Shown: piece by piece, positions 12,020-24,232 of the stretch
How positions within the stretch are numbered: position 1 is the first letter of the stretch
Layout of the letters: every line of letters begins with the position of its first letter
Assembly: GCA_964016885.1 (NCBI GenBank)
Contig: OZ024744.1
Coordinates: forward strand, 113,274,001 to 113,338,000
DNA from: Eledone cirrhosa
Taxonomy: Eukaryota
DNA: 64,000 bases
Reading direction: 5' to 3'
Notes under the pieces: model-generated
Told to the model about the DNA's origin: nothing
Databases searched by the model: none
What the model saw: only the letters and a program-made list of their open reading frames with translations
Made by a program: the position numbers and the translations under genes

Positions 12020-12710
12020 GCATAACTGCGCAGTGCATTCTGAAGCAGGTGGAGAAGTTCAAGTATCTCAAGGCCATGTTCACAAGTGATGGAAGGCAAG
12101 GGACTGAATTAAGTGCAAGAATTGCAGGAGATGGGCAGTAATGAACAGCTTCAGCATTCAGTAATCAGATTTTCATGCAAACTCTTACCTATCGTCATGA
12201 ATCTTGGATAATTACCGAAAGAATTCGATCGTGAATACAAGTCGCCAAAATGGGGTTCCTCCAATGGGTCTTTGGAGTAACATTACTTGATAGAGTGTGT
12301 AGCTCAGAGATCAGAGAATCATTCCAGGTGGAGCTGCTAGTTCTCCAAATTGAGAGATCACAGTTCCGATACTACAGACATGTCGTTAGAATGTCTCAGG
12401 TAAGAATCTCTGAATTGAGAGATCACAGCGCTGATACTATGACATGTGGTTAGAATATCTCAAGAAAGAATCTCTGAATGAGAGATCATAGCTCTGATAC
12501 TATGACATGTGGTTAGAATATCTCAGGAGAGAATCTCTGAATTGAGAGATCACAGCTCTGATACTATGACATGTGGTTAGAATATCTCAGGAGAGAATCT
12601 CTGAATTGAGAGATCACAGCTGTGATACTACAGACTGTGGTTAGAATGTCTCAGGAAAGAATCATTAGACAGATTTTACAGGCAAAACCAACCAGCTGGG
12701 GACCAAATGG
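12020..12710 (+). mobile_element. Decayed RTE-type LINE 3' fragment with an internal ~64-bp tandem amplification (about 5 copies, 12345-12660)
   Basis: QVEKFKYL-like start and IERSQFRYYRHVVRM. Unit gaatctctgaattgagagatcacagctctgatactatgacatgtggttagaatatctcagga. Confidence 0.75.
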
Positions 12711-12822
12711 GCTGCAGTTTGCCTACGACTAGGCAAGAGTGTCTGTCATTACTTTTATTTAGCTCCTGATTAGCCTTAAATGATCTGAAATATGAGCAAA
12801 AACATTCCTGTCTTTTATCTAT

Positions 12823-13170
12823 TATCATCACCATTTATTGTCTATTTTCCATGCTTACATGGATTAGATGGTTGTCAGTCACATGTTAAGGGCTAACCAA
12901 TCAGGTGACTAGGTTCTGCTCATATGTTTTGTTTTACTTGGTTTCTACAGCTAGATGTCCATCCTAACACCAACCACTTTACAGAGTGGACTGGGAGCTT
13001 GGTTGCTTCAACTGGATGTCCTTCCTAACACCAACAACTTTACATGAACTGGGGGGGGGGGGGGGCATTTTATTATGACATCAGCACTACTTCTTTTGCA
13101 GGGTGGACTAGGTTTTTTTTTTTCGTCATGACACCAGCACTACCACCTTACAAGGTGAACTGGATGCCTT
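12823..13170 (-). mobile_element. Decayed RTE-derived short element (tail plus duplicated 5'UTR module)
   Basis: ttttccatgcttacatggattagatgg tail and two ggatgtcc.tcctaacaccaac modules. Confidence 0.6.
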
Positions 13171-13739
13171 TTGTCTTGTAAATTGTTGGGAGGTGGGGTC
13201 GTGTCATGGAGGTAGCCTTGAAGCAAGTGGATGGTGTGAGACATATTGTGGGGCGCGCCTGGCTTGTTTTCATGGCCTAACAAGGGATATTCATATGCTG
13301 CTTGTAATTGGGGAGTAATGGGGAGAGTGGGGGCGTAAGTAGCTGGGTAAAGTCTGTCTTTTTGGTGTATGCTAGGCTTCTCTGGTTTGGGAGAGTGTGG
13401 TGGGTGCACGAGTTCAGCAGGGAAGATGAATCAGACACGGTTCCTCCTAGATTTCCAATGCTAGCATGAGTTAGGTGAAGAAGTCAGGAGTATATTGGCA
13501 GGTGAGGACCTGAGAGTTGTTCCATTTCTCTGCCTCTTCAGGTTTAGGGGGAAGAAGGAGATGAGGGACATGCTGACTGGGAGTTGAGGAATATACTGCC
13601 AGACATAGGCGGGACTTGAGTGTTGTACCATCTTCTGCTTCTTCAGGTTTAGGGTGGAGGGAGGTAGGTGGGTTTTCCACCCTTCTGTTACAGTCATTCC
13701 ACTTGCAAGAGAAGGAGAGTTCCCTGTATAATGGAATAT

Positions 13740-14580
13740 CACCAGATTTCTTGATCTTGGGTCATCTCCGTTGTGAGGTTCAGCTGTATGAGGCCGGCCT
13801 TCACCTCAACATCCCAGGTTTTCATCTTCCATAGGTTCTATCAACTTCAAGGCTCTGTATTTCTTTCTACAGCTGTCATCCTTCATAGACATCACATGTC
13901 CATACCACCACAGTTTCCTCACCAGCACACCATATCTGACTCTCTTATGTCCTGTTTCTCAGTTCATTAATACTTCATCACTCATGTATACTACTATTAC
14001 ACATCTATTGGAGCATCTAAGCCTCATTCCTTTCTAGTCTTTGTAAGTTCTCAATATACAAAGTCCAAGTATCACTACCATGAAGTATTGCCATTCACAT
14101 CATACAATCTGCCTTTCACTCTGAGGGAGTGATTCTTTGTAGCTAGCAGTGGTAGTATCTCCCTGAACTTTTTCCACCCCCTTCTCACTCTCGCTACTGT
14201 ACTTTCAGAGCACCTACCTCCACTACTAATTTGGTCACCCAGGTAACAGAAACTATCAACTACTTGTATGAAGCCCTCTGAACATTTAATGGATCTAGTT
14301 TCCTGTGATCTCTTATTACTTACTGCTCCTGTGTATTGACCATAAAACCTACATTCTTTGCTAGCCTGCCTGAGATCCTACTACAGGACATAGGATGAAA
14401 TCTCTACATACTCCTTTACTGCATACTGAGCAAGGCCATTTTCCTGAAGAAATTTGGACTATTTTCTTTTTTACTTATAAGGATTGTTGTTTTTGCTAGG
14501 TTAACTCTGAGTTTTTTGATTCCATGTCAGGAATTTCTTTTCTAATTCTGCCTTGGTTTCAGCTATCAGAACATTGGCAG
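13740..14580 (-). mobile_element. Older decayed RTE LINE fragment (RT C-terminal half)
   Basis: Reverse strand gives remnants of VLIAET, VNLAKT, KWPCSVC, VVDSFCYLGDQIS, LHGSDTW and WYGHVM with many stops. Confidence 0.75.
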
Positions 14581-14630
14581 CCAGATATATACATATATAT
14601 ATATATGTGTATGTGTGTGTGTGTATAAAT

Positions 14631-17600
14631 ATCATCATCATCATTTTATGTCCGCCTTTCCCTGCTTGCAAGGGTGGGACGGGTCCTATTCAGCACAGCA
14701 TCTCTCCACTTGTCACAGTCCTTCGTTATCTCCACCGTGAGCTTCAGCGATCTGAGGTCTGTTCTCACCACCTCCGCCCATGTTTTTCGTGGTCTACCTC
14801 TACCACGTCTTCCTTCAACTGGCATTTCCTGGCACTTCTTCACCCATCGGTCATCCTCCATGCGCATCACATATCCATACCACCTCAGTCTCCTCTCTCG
14901 CACACTACAATCTATCCCTCTCAGAAACAGTTTCTCTCTCAACACTTTCATGCTGGGTCGTTCAAGCACATTGACATTGCACATCCAACGGAGCATGCTT
15001 GCCTCATTTCTCTCCAGTCATCGCAAATCCTCTGCATTTGCTGCCCATGTCTCACTACCATGCAGCATCACGCTCCTCACACAGGCATCATATAACCAGC
15101 CTTTCATACGCAGGAAAAAACCCTTCTTCGTCAGCAGAGGAAGCAGCTCCCTAAACTTCTTCCAACCTGTCCTTATACTATGGCCTCGGAACACCCACCA
15201 TGCTAATCTGATCTCCTAGGTACTGGAAGCTATCCACCTCTTCTATAGCACCCGCGACTTCTACTGTCTAATTTCCCTGTACATCTACTGCATACGTATT
15301 TCTCCCTCCCTGTAAGTTTGCCTGCTATCCCACTACATCTCTTGTGTACACAGGATCTGCATTGTGTGCATTTTATAGAATTTATGCCAACTCCTTTTCT
15401 GCATATCGAACATGGCCATTTCCCTGACGGAATCAGAGTTTTGTCCTCTTTTCTACTCATCAACACTTTTGTCTTAGCTAGGTTCACTCTCAGTCCTCTT
15501 GCTTCCAACTGCTGTTTCCATTGCCAGAATTTATTCTCTAGCTCCTCTACTGATTCTGCTATAAGAACCAGATCATCAGCATAGAGAAGTTCCCATGGAC
15601 AGCCAGTTTTAAACTCCTCTGTTATGGCTTGGAGGACTATAATGAACAAGAGCAGGCTGAAGACCGAACCTTAATGTACTCCTACTTGTATCTGGAATTC
15701 CTCACTAAACTCTATTCCTACCTTGACTTTACTGACAGCACCTCTGTCCATAGCTTGAACTGTCCTTACAAGCCATTCCTCAACACCTAGTTTCCATAGG
15801 GACCACCAGATGACAGATCGGGGTACCCTATCAAAGGCCTTCTCTAGGTCAACAAAGGCTAGTATAGTGGCTTATTCTCTAAGAACCTCTCTTGTAATTG
15901 TCTCACCAAGAAGAGGTCATCTGTTGTACTTTTCCCAGGCACAAAACCAAACTGCATCTCATCTAGTTTGACCCTTTCTCTAATTAGTTGTGCTAATATC
16001 CTTTCTGCCACTTTCATAACCTGATCTATCAGTTTTATACCCCTATAATTGCTCCTCTCCAGAGCATCCCCTTTACCTTTGTAGCAATTTATGAGAATAC
16101 TGCTGCACCAGTCTTTGGGTATGACACCACCATATATAGCCTGATTGATGATGCGTGCAACCAGTTTAGTGCCTACGTCCTCTGATGCCTTCAGCATCTC
16201 AGCAACTATCCCCGACAGTCCAGCAGCCTTACCATTTTTCATTTCCTTAATTGCCTCTTGGACCCTATATTCGTCAATCTCAATAGCTGGTCCCTCTGTC
16301 AGATCTACTGAGGGTAATTTCTCTCTCTCCCATTCGTTCTCCACATTCATCAGTCTCTCATAATGACATTTCCAGGCCTCCTTTTTCTGATCATTTGTGA
16401 CACTAAGTACACCAGCATCATCCCGGACACATTTATCTCCAACAACATCCTGATTTACACTGACACACTGCCTTGCAATGTGGAACACCGCACGCCTCTG
16501 ATCTTCCCGTCGCAGAACATTGGCAAACCTCCTACTCTCCGCCTCCCTGCGTGCTAAGTACACATGATGTCTAACTTCTCTCTTAGCGGCTGTATATCCT
16601 TCTCTACTCCCACCCGTTTTCCAAGCCTTCCATGCTAGTCTTTTGTCTCTAATGGCCCTATCTACTGTGCTGTTCCACCACCAGGTCACTCTCTGTCTGG
16701 TTGGAGCTCTGCTCCAGCCACAAGTTTCATCAGTAGTCTGCAGTAAGTTGTCACGTAAGAAATTCCAGTAATTATCTATGCCATACGTCTCTAAATCGTC
16801 TTCTTTTTCGTCATACACATTTGAAGGACTTTCCTAAATTTGTATTTTAGTGAAAGGTCTTTTAGCTTCCAGACCTTTCTTTTCCACACCTTCCTGTATG
16901 TCTCATTCTTTCTCATACTTAATGAGATGTCACTAACGACTAACCTATGCTGTACATTCTTCCCCGGGGTATGCCTTAGTATTTGACACCATCTGTCTGT
17001 CTTGCTGTCTAACTAGCAGGAAGTCAATCTGGCTTATGTGCTCACCTGATTTGTAGGTTGTTAGGTGGTTGGTAGGCTTCTGGAAGTTAGTGTTGCAAAT
17101 GGTTAGTGCACTTGCATCACAAAACTCAAGAAGCCTCACTCCTTTTTCATTTCTTGAGCTGTAACCATGCCCACCATGTACCCCAGTGGAACCACCCTGG
17201 AGCTGTCCAACATGACCATTGAAGTCTCCTGCTAGCATAACGATGTCTCTGTCCTCTGTCATTGAGGCTGTTTGTAAAAGTTGCTCGTAAAAGCAGTCTT
17301 TCTCATCTTTACCTAGGCCTGCTTGGGGAGCATAGGCAGAGATGATTGTCAGTAGTCTCTTGCCTACAACTAATCTAAGCTTAATTATTCTATCACTAAC
17401 TCTAACTACCTCTATTGTCTTATTGATTCATCTCTCAGCCAGTAATATGCCTACCCCACCTAACCCATCATCATTACCCACCCAGAAAAGCTTATAACTA
17501 CGATGTTTGCCTGCGATTAGTCTTGCAGAGGCACCTCTCCATCTCACCTCTTGCACGTAGCACACATCCACATGCCTTCTCTCCAGCATCTCTGCTATTT

Positions 17601-17830
17601 CAGCAGATCTACCTCTGAGAGTGCCAACATTAAGTGTTGCAACTCTGAGATGCGACGTCTTCATATTTTGTTGTTCCTATATACTTGTTGCTGTGCTTAT
17701 AATTGTTTTGGCATTGATACACTGGTTGGATGCCCTTCCTAACACCAGCGCCACTTTAGAGCATGGACTGGGTGCTTTTATTCGTGCCACCAGCACCAGA
17801 GAGCATGTCTTACTGAACTCATGGGCCCTC
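14631..17830 (-). mobile_element. Near full-length RTE-clade LINE, family A (APE endonuclease, RT, PHD-like finger), inactivated by stops and frameshifts
   Basis: ATG at 17664 gives LRVATLNVGTL...VQEVRW; then AGDFNGHVG, SQIDFLLV, the RT motifs, LLYADDL, CxxC...HxxC...CxxC and RGRGRPRKTW. (GAT)n tail at 14631-14644. The 5' boundary is approximate. Confidence 0.95.
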
Positions 17831-18229
17831 TCTACCCCTCCATTTTACAGCATGGTTATAAAAAAAAAAACACCACTTATTGACACTTAAGGCACACACA
17901 CACTCACTCACACACCAACACTCATGCCTACAAACACACACGCCACTCACACACCAACACTCATTCATACAAACAGACACACACCACTCACACACACATA
18001 CATATATTACCGTCAGTACAGATACAAGATCATGTCAACTGTTGACTTTTCCAGTTCAGTTTTTATAGAATAATAACAATTGTTTGCTTTGCAGCATAGA
18101 GCAACGGCTCTCCACTCTCGAGACCCAAAACAAGGCACCAGCAATGAGCTGGGACAATCGCTGCCCCGTGCCAAGAACAGAATAGTTATTTAGTATTATA
18201 GTTGTTTTCTTCTTCTTAAGCTGATTGCT

Positions 18230-18490
18230 GGTGATGGTGGTGGTGGTGGATGGTGTCAGTGATGTGGTGGTGGTGGATGATGTCAGTGATGTGGTGGTGG
18301 TGGATGGTGCCAGTGATGGTGGTGGGGAAGGTGGTGGATGGTGTCAGTGATGGTGATGGTGGTGGATGATGTCAGTGATGGTGGTGGCAGTTGTCGTTGT
18401 TGCGGTTGTTGTTGTTGCTGCTGTTGCTGTTGTTCATTTCCCTGATGCTGCTGCTGCAGACAATGGTATTGTTGCTGCTGCTGTTGTTTT
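18230..18490. repeat. Low-complexity (GGT/GAT/GTT/GCT)n repeats
   Basis: Direct reading of the sequence. Confidence 0.85.
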
Positions 18491-18720
18491 AGTCACTGGG
18501 TTGAAATTTTGAAATTTGGTCGCTTCGCGTGTGTGATATATACACATACATATATATACATACACATATATATATATATATATATAAATACATACACACA
18601 CATTCAACACAGACAATGGTGTTGTTGCTGTTGTTGTTGTAGTTGTTGTTATTGCTGCGTTGAAATCTGGTCACATCGACTGAGATATATACATATATAC
18701 ATACATATATATATATATAC

Positions 18721-19027
18721 GATATATTAACAAATGGAAACTATATTTATAAAACCATATTTATTTCATTATCCGGGAGCTTCCAACAGAAATGGTCGCA
18801 TTCTTTAAGGGTATGTCAATATTTATTTATAAAACTGATCTATATTATATTTTATCTGATGAAAGCGCACCATAATTTAACTTGGTGTCCTTGAAATATG
18901 TATAATGAAATAAATATGGTTTTATAAATATAGTTTCCATTTGTTAATATATCCAATAATTTGTTGTGCTTTATATCAGTTATAAAAATATTTGCTTGTT
19001 GTATCCCAACAATTTAAATAGAACTTC

Positions 19028-19030
<3 letters not shown>
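18721..19030 (+). mobile_element. Penelope-like or retrozyme-like terminal fragment with a hammerhead-like motif and a 52-bp inverted repeat
   Basis: Arms 18721-18772 and 18902-18953 are exact reverse complements. CTGATGA at 18856, stem II AAG.GCACCA/TGGTGT.CTT, GAAA at 18893. Related copies at 58084-58265 (+) and 53560-53701 (-). Confidence 0.65.
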
Positions 19031-19073
<43 letters not shown>

Positions 19074-19120
19074 CAACACAGGGAAAGGAGTTAGGAGTTT
19101 GTCAAATATATATATATATA

Positions 19121-20290
19121 TCATCATCACTGTTTTACGTCCGTTCTTCCATGCTAGCATGGGTTAGACGGGTTGTCCTGTTGTGGGCAGTGTCTGGTCG
19201 GAAGACTATGCCTTGCTCATACAGGAACTGATTTAGCTTGATTTCTACAGCTAGATGCCCTTCCTAACACTAACCTCATTTACAGTGAGTGCTGGGTGCT
19301 TTTTTCCGTGGCGCCTACACGTCCACTTTACAGTGTAGGCTGGGTCCTTTTTTGAGTGGCACCTCCACAACCACTTTGTAGTGGGAGGGTGTGGGGCATA
19401 TTGTCTAGGTTGGGTACTCTGTATTACTGCGTGACGCCAGAGGTCACAGTCGTGTGACATCGCTTTTGAGGGGTGTAATTGGGTAAGGTCGGCTTTTATC
19501 ACCTCATCCCAGGTCTTCTTGGATCTCCCCACTCCGCGGTTTCCATTGACTTCTAGTGCTCTGCACCTTTTTATGCAGCTGTCATCCTTCATACGCATCT
19601 CATGTCCATACCAACGCAACCGCCTCTCCTGCACACAGCATTTGACTCCTCTTATGCTCAGTCTCCCTCTCAATTCATTATGCTTTGCCGTTTGCGTATA
19701 TTACTATTACACATCCATCGAGGCATGCAGGCTTCGTTTCTTTCTAATCTACGTAAGTCTTCCACCTTCAGCGCCCAGGTCTCACTACCATGTAACATTG
19801 CTGTTCGTATACACGCATCATACAGTCTGCCTGTCATTTTGAGGGAGAAGCCTTTTGCAGCTAGCAGTGGCAGTAGTTCCCTGAACTTCTTCCATCCCGT
19901 TCTTACCCTAGTTATTGTACTTTCTGAACACCCACCTCCACTGCTAATTCGGTCACCTAGGAAGAAGAAGCTGTCTACTGTTTCTACAGAGCCCTCCCAG
20001 AGATTGGTGGTACTTGTTTCCTGTGGCTGTTTGCTGCTTGCTGTCCCAGAACAGCTGCTACATGTGAAGCCTACATTCTTAATTAAGCTTCCTGAGATCC
20101 TGCTACATCTTGTGTTCCCATTGTTTGCATTTGGGGCAGAGAATGGAGTTCCTACCTACACCTTTCCTACATACTGAGCAAGGCCATTTCCCTGAGGGTA
20201 TATGGGTTCTATTTTCTAGTCTACTTACAAGGACCTTAGTCTTTGAGACCCTTTCTTTCTAGTCCCTGCTTCCAAGTGTGAAACAAATAT
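19121..20290 (-). mobile_element. 5'-truncated RTE-clade LINE, family B (same family as 5412-6142)
   Basis: RRLRWYGHEMRMKDDSCIKRCRALEV is nearly identical to the 5294-5833 ORF, with the same composite 3' UTR and tail. Confidence 0.9.
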
Positions 20291-20345
20291 CCTCCTGGCT
20301 TGGCAATTATACATACAGGTTCACAATCTTTTACCCAAAATTTAG

Positions 20346-22105
20346 GTGTTCCACATTGCAAGGCAGTGTGTCAGTATGAATCAGGATGTTGTTGGGGGAA
20401 AAGTGTGTTGTAATGACACTGGTGTACTTAACACCACTGATACTCAAAAGAAAGAGGCCTGGAAATGTTACTTTGAGAGGTTGGTGAATGGAGAGAAAGG
20501 AATGGAGGAAGAGAGACAAATCCCAACTGAGCCAAAGAGGGACTAGCTATTAAAATAGACAGTTATAGGGTCATAGAATTAATGAAGGAGTGGTAAAGCT
20601 GCTGGACCCTCAGAGATAGTTGCCAAGATGTTGAAACTATCTGTGGAAATAGGAGCTGAACTAGTCACCCACATAATCAATCAGGTTTATATAGGACAGT
20701 GTCATATCCAATGACTAGTGCAGCAGTACAATTATAAATTACTACAAGGGCAAAGGTGATGCCCTAGAAAGGAGCAACTATAGAGGAATAAAACTAATGG
20801 ACTAAGAAAGAGCGCTAGAATAACTAATTAGGGAAAGAGTCAAACTAAATGAGATGTAGCCCGTTTTTTTTGGGGGGGGGGGGGGGGCAGGTATTACAGA
20901 TGACCTCTTAATGCAACAAATTCCTTGCCTCTATATCTAGTTTTGTCCTTAAGGAAATTAGATATTGAAGAATGGCTTGTCAGAGCAGAGCAAGCCATTT
21001 ACAGAGGAGCTGTCAGTTAAGTGAGAATAGGAAGTGAGGAATTTGGGGTACATATAGGAGTTCATTGGGGTTCAGATCTTAGCCCTCTTTTGTTTATCCT
21101 AGTCCTCCAGGCCATAAGAGGTGTTTAAGATTGCCTGTCCAATGCAGATGAACTGGTTCTTATAGCTGAATCTGAGGAAGAACTAGAGAATAAATTCTGA
21201 CTGAGGAAATAAATTAGAATCAAAAGGTTTGTGAGTAAACTTAGTAAGTAGGAAAGGGGTCAAAGCCCTGATCCTATCGGGGAAGTGGCCATGTTTGATG
21301 TAGAAACCCTATTCACTGTACACAATGTAAATCTTGGGGCACACAATGTGTAGTGGTATAACACAAACAGAAAAGGTAAACTTTGTAGGCAGCATATACA
21401 TAGGGATAATTGGTAGTAAGAGCATTAGTAAAATATACTTTTTTTCCAGTCTCAGGAAAGTACCATAGAAGTAGTTAACAGACTCTGTTACCTAGGTGAT
21501 CTAATTAACAGTGGAGGAAGTTGTTCTGAGAACATAGTTGCTAGAATAAGAACAGGATGGAAAAAATTGAGAGGACTACTACCTCTGTTAGCAATAAAGG
21601 TACCATAGAATTAGTTGATAGCTTCTGTTACTTAGGTGACCTAATTAGCAGTGGAGGAGATTGTTTTGAGAGCATAGAAGCTAGAATAAGAACAGGATGG
21701 AAGAAGTTTAAGGTGCTACAACTTCTGTTGACTACAAAATGTTTCTCTTGGCGAAAGAAAGGCTGGCTGAATGATGCCTGTGTCTGATGTTGCATGGCTG
21801 AGTGCCATGAGCAGTGTAATGTTAATGTGAGAGAATGTCAAAGCTGCAAGAAAAGCTGGGTATAAGAAGAATCAGATGTAGTGTGCAGGAGAGGAGACTG
21901 CACTGGTATGGACATGTGATGTGTTTGGGTGATTGTTGGGTGAAGAAGTGCCTAGAAATCCCAGTGGAAGGAAGTTACAGTAGAAGAAGAACTGGGAGGA
22001 AGTTGTGAGAGCTGATCTCATATCACTGAGACTCATAGTGGAGATGAAAGATTGAGATGTGGTGCTGAAAAAGACCCATCCAACCCATGCAAATGTGGAA
22101 AAACA
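20346..22105 (+). mobile_element. Decayed RTE LINE (RT region)
   Basis: FHIARQCVS..QDVVG, KAAGP, NYRGIKL, duplicated VDSFCYLGDLIS segment, WYGHVM, tail ccatccaacccatgc. Confidence 0.85.
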
Positions 22106-22204
22106 TGAATCCCCCTATATATATAAATATATATTCCCGATGTAAATTGGGAGGTGACCATCGTTAAAAAAAGTTACTCAATACGTTAGTAGAGTATAGT
22201 AAGC

Positions 22205-22325
22205 ATATTTATTTTATTATAAAAATGACTTCTACAAGACTAGAACTTTTTCATTCGTAAGAAATAATCAGAAATAGTCCTGATGAATGAAACAGTTCTA
22301 GTCCTGCAGAAGTTATTTCTATAAA

Positions 22326-22333
<8 letters not shown>
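22205..22333. mobile_element. Fold-back Penelope-like terminus with two opposed degenerate hammerhead remnants
   Basis: ttctacaagactagaactttttcattc ... gaatgaaacagttctagtcctgcagaa inverted arms; CTGATGA at 22280. Same family as 52975-53080. Confidence 0.55.
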
Positions 22334-22363
<30 letters not shown>

Positions 22364-22862
22364 AATTTTTCTTCGCATTTATAATTTGATAAATAGCTCT
22401 GATTAAATTATTATTTTAATTCTTCTGATTATTTTAATTCGTTCGGTCGTTGAGCAAAACTGGTCAAGGCGGGACATCATACACATATATTTATGTAGAC
22501 TGGTCCAACCCTGGCTAACGGAGAAAGCGGATGTTAAAACGATGATATACAAGAGTTCTTAAATCATTTAATACCTTACAAATAATTTAACTAATACTTA
22601 TGTTAAAACAATATATCAATATTGCTTCTTTTTGGTTAATTCCATTTATATATATATATATATATATATATACATACACACACTCGCATAAATGTATTAG
22701 ACACATATATGTATACACATATACAAACAAGTGCAGATATACACACGATTCTGTCGTGTATACATAAAATCACATGTGTTTAAGTATGTATGTATATATA
22801 TATATATATGTATGTATGTATACATAATGTTTTTAATACGTAGTACAAATTATTAAATTTAC

Positions 22863-22965
22863 CTCAGTTGTTCGTTAAAAATATAACACGGTGTCGCATG
22901 AGATAGTCCCTTATACCTATTAAGGCCACCATGCGGTGAAATCTTTGTAAATATATTTACACGTT
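22863..22965 (-). other. Candidate non-coding first exon of GSTCD
   Basis: Short non-repetitive, CpG-containing island ending in the minus-strand donor CTGAG|gtaaat at 22862. The GSTCD exon at 6803 has an acceptor, so an upstream exon is required. Confidence 0.3.
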
Positions 22966-23075
22966 CATCAGAAAATAACTTAGGCAGTAATATACACCTA
23001 TGTATATCTAATGTATATGTATGTATTTTTAAAAAAAAATGTATTAAGTTCTATACAAATGGAAGATTAAAGATT

Positions 23076-23276
23076 TTAACCCTTTAGTATTTACATTACT
23101 CTATATTTACTATTGTATTTTCATGGTAAAGGCTTTATCTCATAATATCGTATCTACGAGATTTTGATATTTATTTTGAGAACAATACCTTAACATCAGT
23201 ATGAGCAACCGGTTATGGCTGGTTTTAACAGGAAGAATTGTGAGAATTCTGGCCGGTTTAAATGCTAAAGGGTTAA
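23076..23276. mobile_element. TTAA-flanked MITE (piggyBac-like termini)
   Basis: TTAA-CCCTTTAGTATTTA ... TAAATGCTAAAGGG-TTAA. The TIRs match at 13 of 14 positions. Confidence 0.75.
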
Positions 23277-23636
23277 AATGTTAGTTCTTATATTCTGTGG
23301 ACAGTTAGGACGTGACTTTTCTGTCAAAATCCCTTCTTTTGTCTTTTTGTGTATAGGTAGGGCTCCATCGTGTCGAGAGTTCAAGTTTATGTTTAAGGTT
23401 CAGATAAAAAGAAGAAAAGAAATAAATAAAAATACAAATAGAGATATAAACATGATTGAAAGGGGTCGTTTGTGGGGAGATTTATTAGATAAATACTATT
23501 AAAAATGCCAAAAATAAAACGTTTTTAGTGAAGGTTTCTATGATTTCTATGTTTATTTTGTGGTGTGTGTGAGATTGCACAAGCATCGATTTGTTTACAT
23601 GTGTGTGTAAATTGGTTATTCCTATCCATAGGTCAT

Positions 23637-24232
23637 GGTGGATTGGCAGTATCGGTAGAGGGTCGGACGCCATGCTTTGCAGCAAAGAGTTACGGCCCTT
23701 TATGGTCTGAGTTCAAATCCCGTCGAGGTTAACTTTGCCTTTCATCCTTACGGCGCGTATAAAATAAAATACCAGTAATACACTAGAATAATTGCTGACC
23801 TTGTGTCAAAAGTAGAAACAATTATATTGGCGGTGAATTGGTAGTATCGGTAGAGGGTTGGACGCCATGTTTTGCAGCACAGAGTTACGCCCCTTTACGG
23901 TCCGAGTTCACATCCCGCCGAGGTTATCTTTGCCATTCATCCTTACGGGGTCGATGAAATAAAGTATCAGTCACGCACTGGGGTCGTTTTAATCGACTTT
24001 CCGTTCCCCCAAAATTGCTGGCCTTGTGCCTATATAAGAAACTGTTAAGGGGCAGTGGATTAGCAGTATCGGTAGAGGGTCGGACACCATGCTTTGACGC
24101 ATAGAGTTACGGCCCTTGCCATTTTGAGTTCAAATCCTGCCGAGGTTAACTTTGCCTTTCATCCTTACGGGGTCGATAAAATCAAGTACCAGTAATGGGA
24201 TAATTGCTGGCCTTGTGCCAAAAGTAGAAACT
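23637..24232 (+). mobile_element. Three head-to-tail tRNA-derived SINEs
   Basis: Units start near 23637, 23828 and 24050. Each has A box tggcagtatcggtagag, B box gagttcaaatccc and core gcctttcatccttacggggtcgataaaat.aagtaccagt. Further fragments at 33245-33362, 46365-46465 and 48780-49050. Confidence 0.85.

Noticed and set aside
14631-17830. Active autonomous LINE
   Set aside because: ORF2 is broken into at least five pieces by stops and frameshifts, and no TSD could be identified among the flanking microsatellites.
17690-17830. HDV-like ribozyme at the RTE 5' end
   Set aside because: Only a simple GGTGCT/AGCACC hairpin is evident. I could not build the nested double pseudoknot by eye, so it remains untested.
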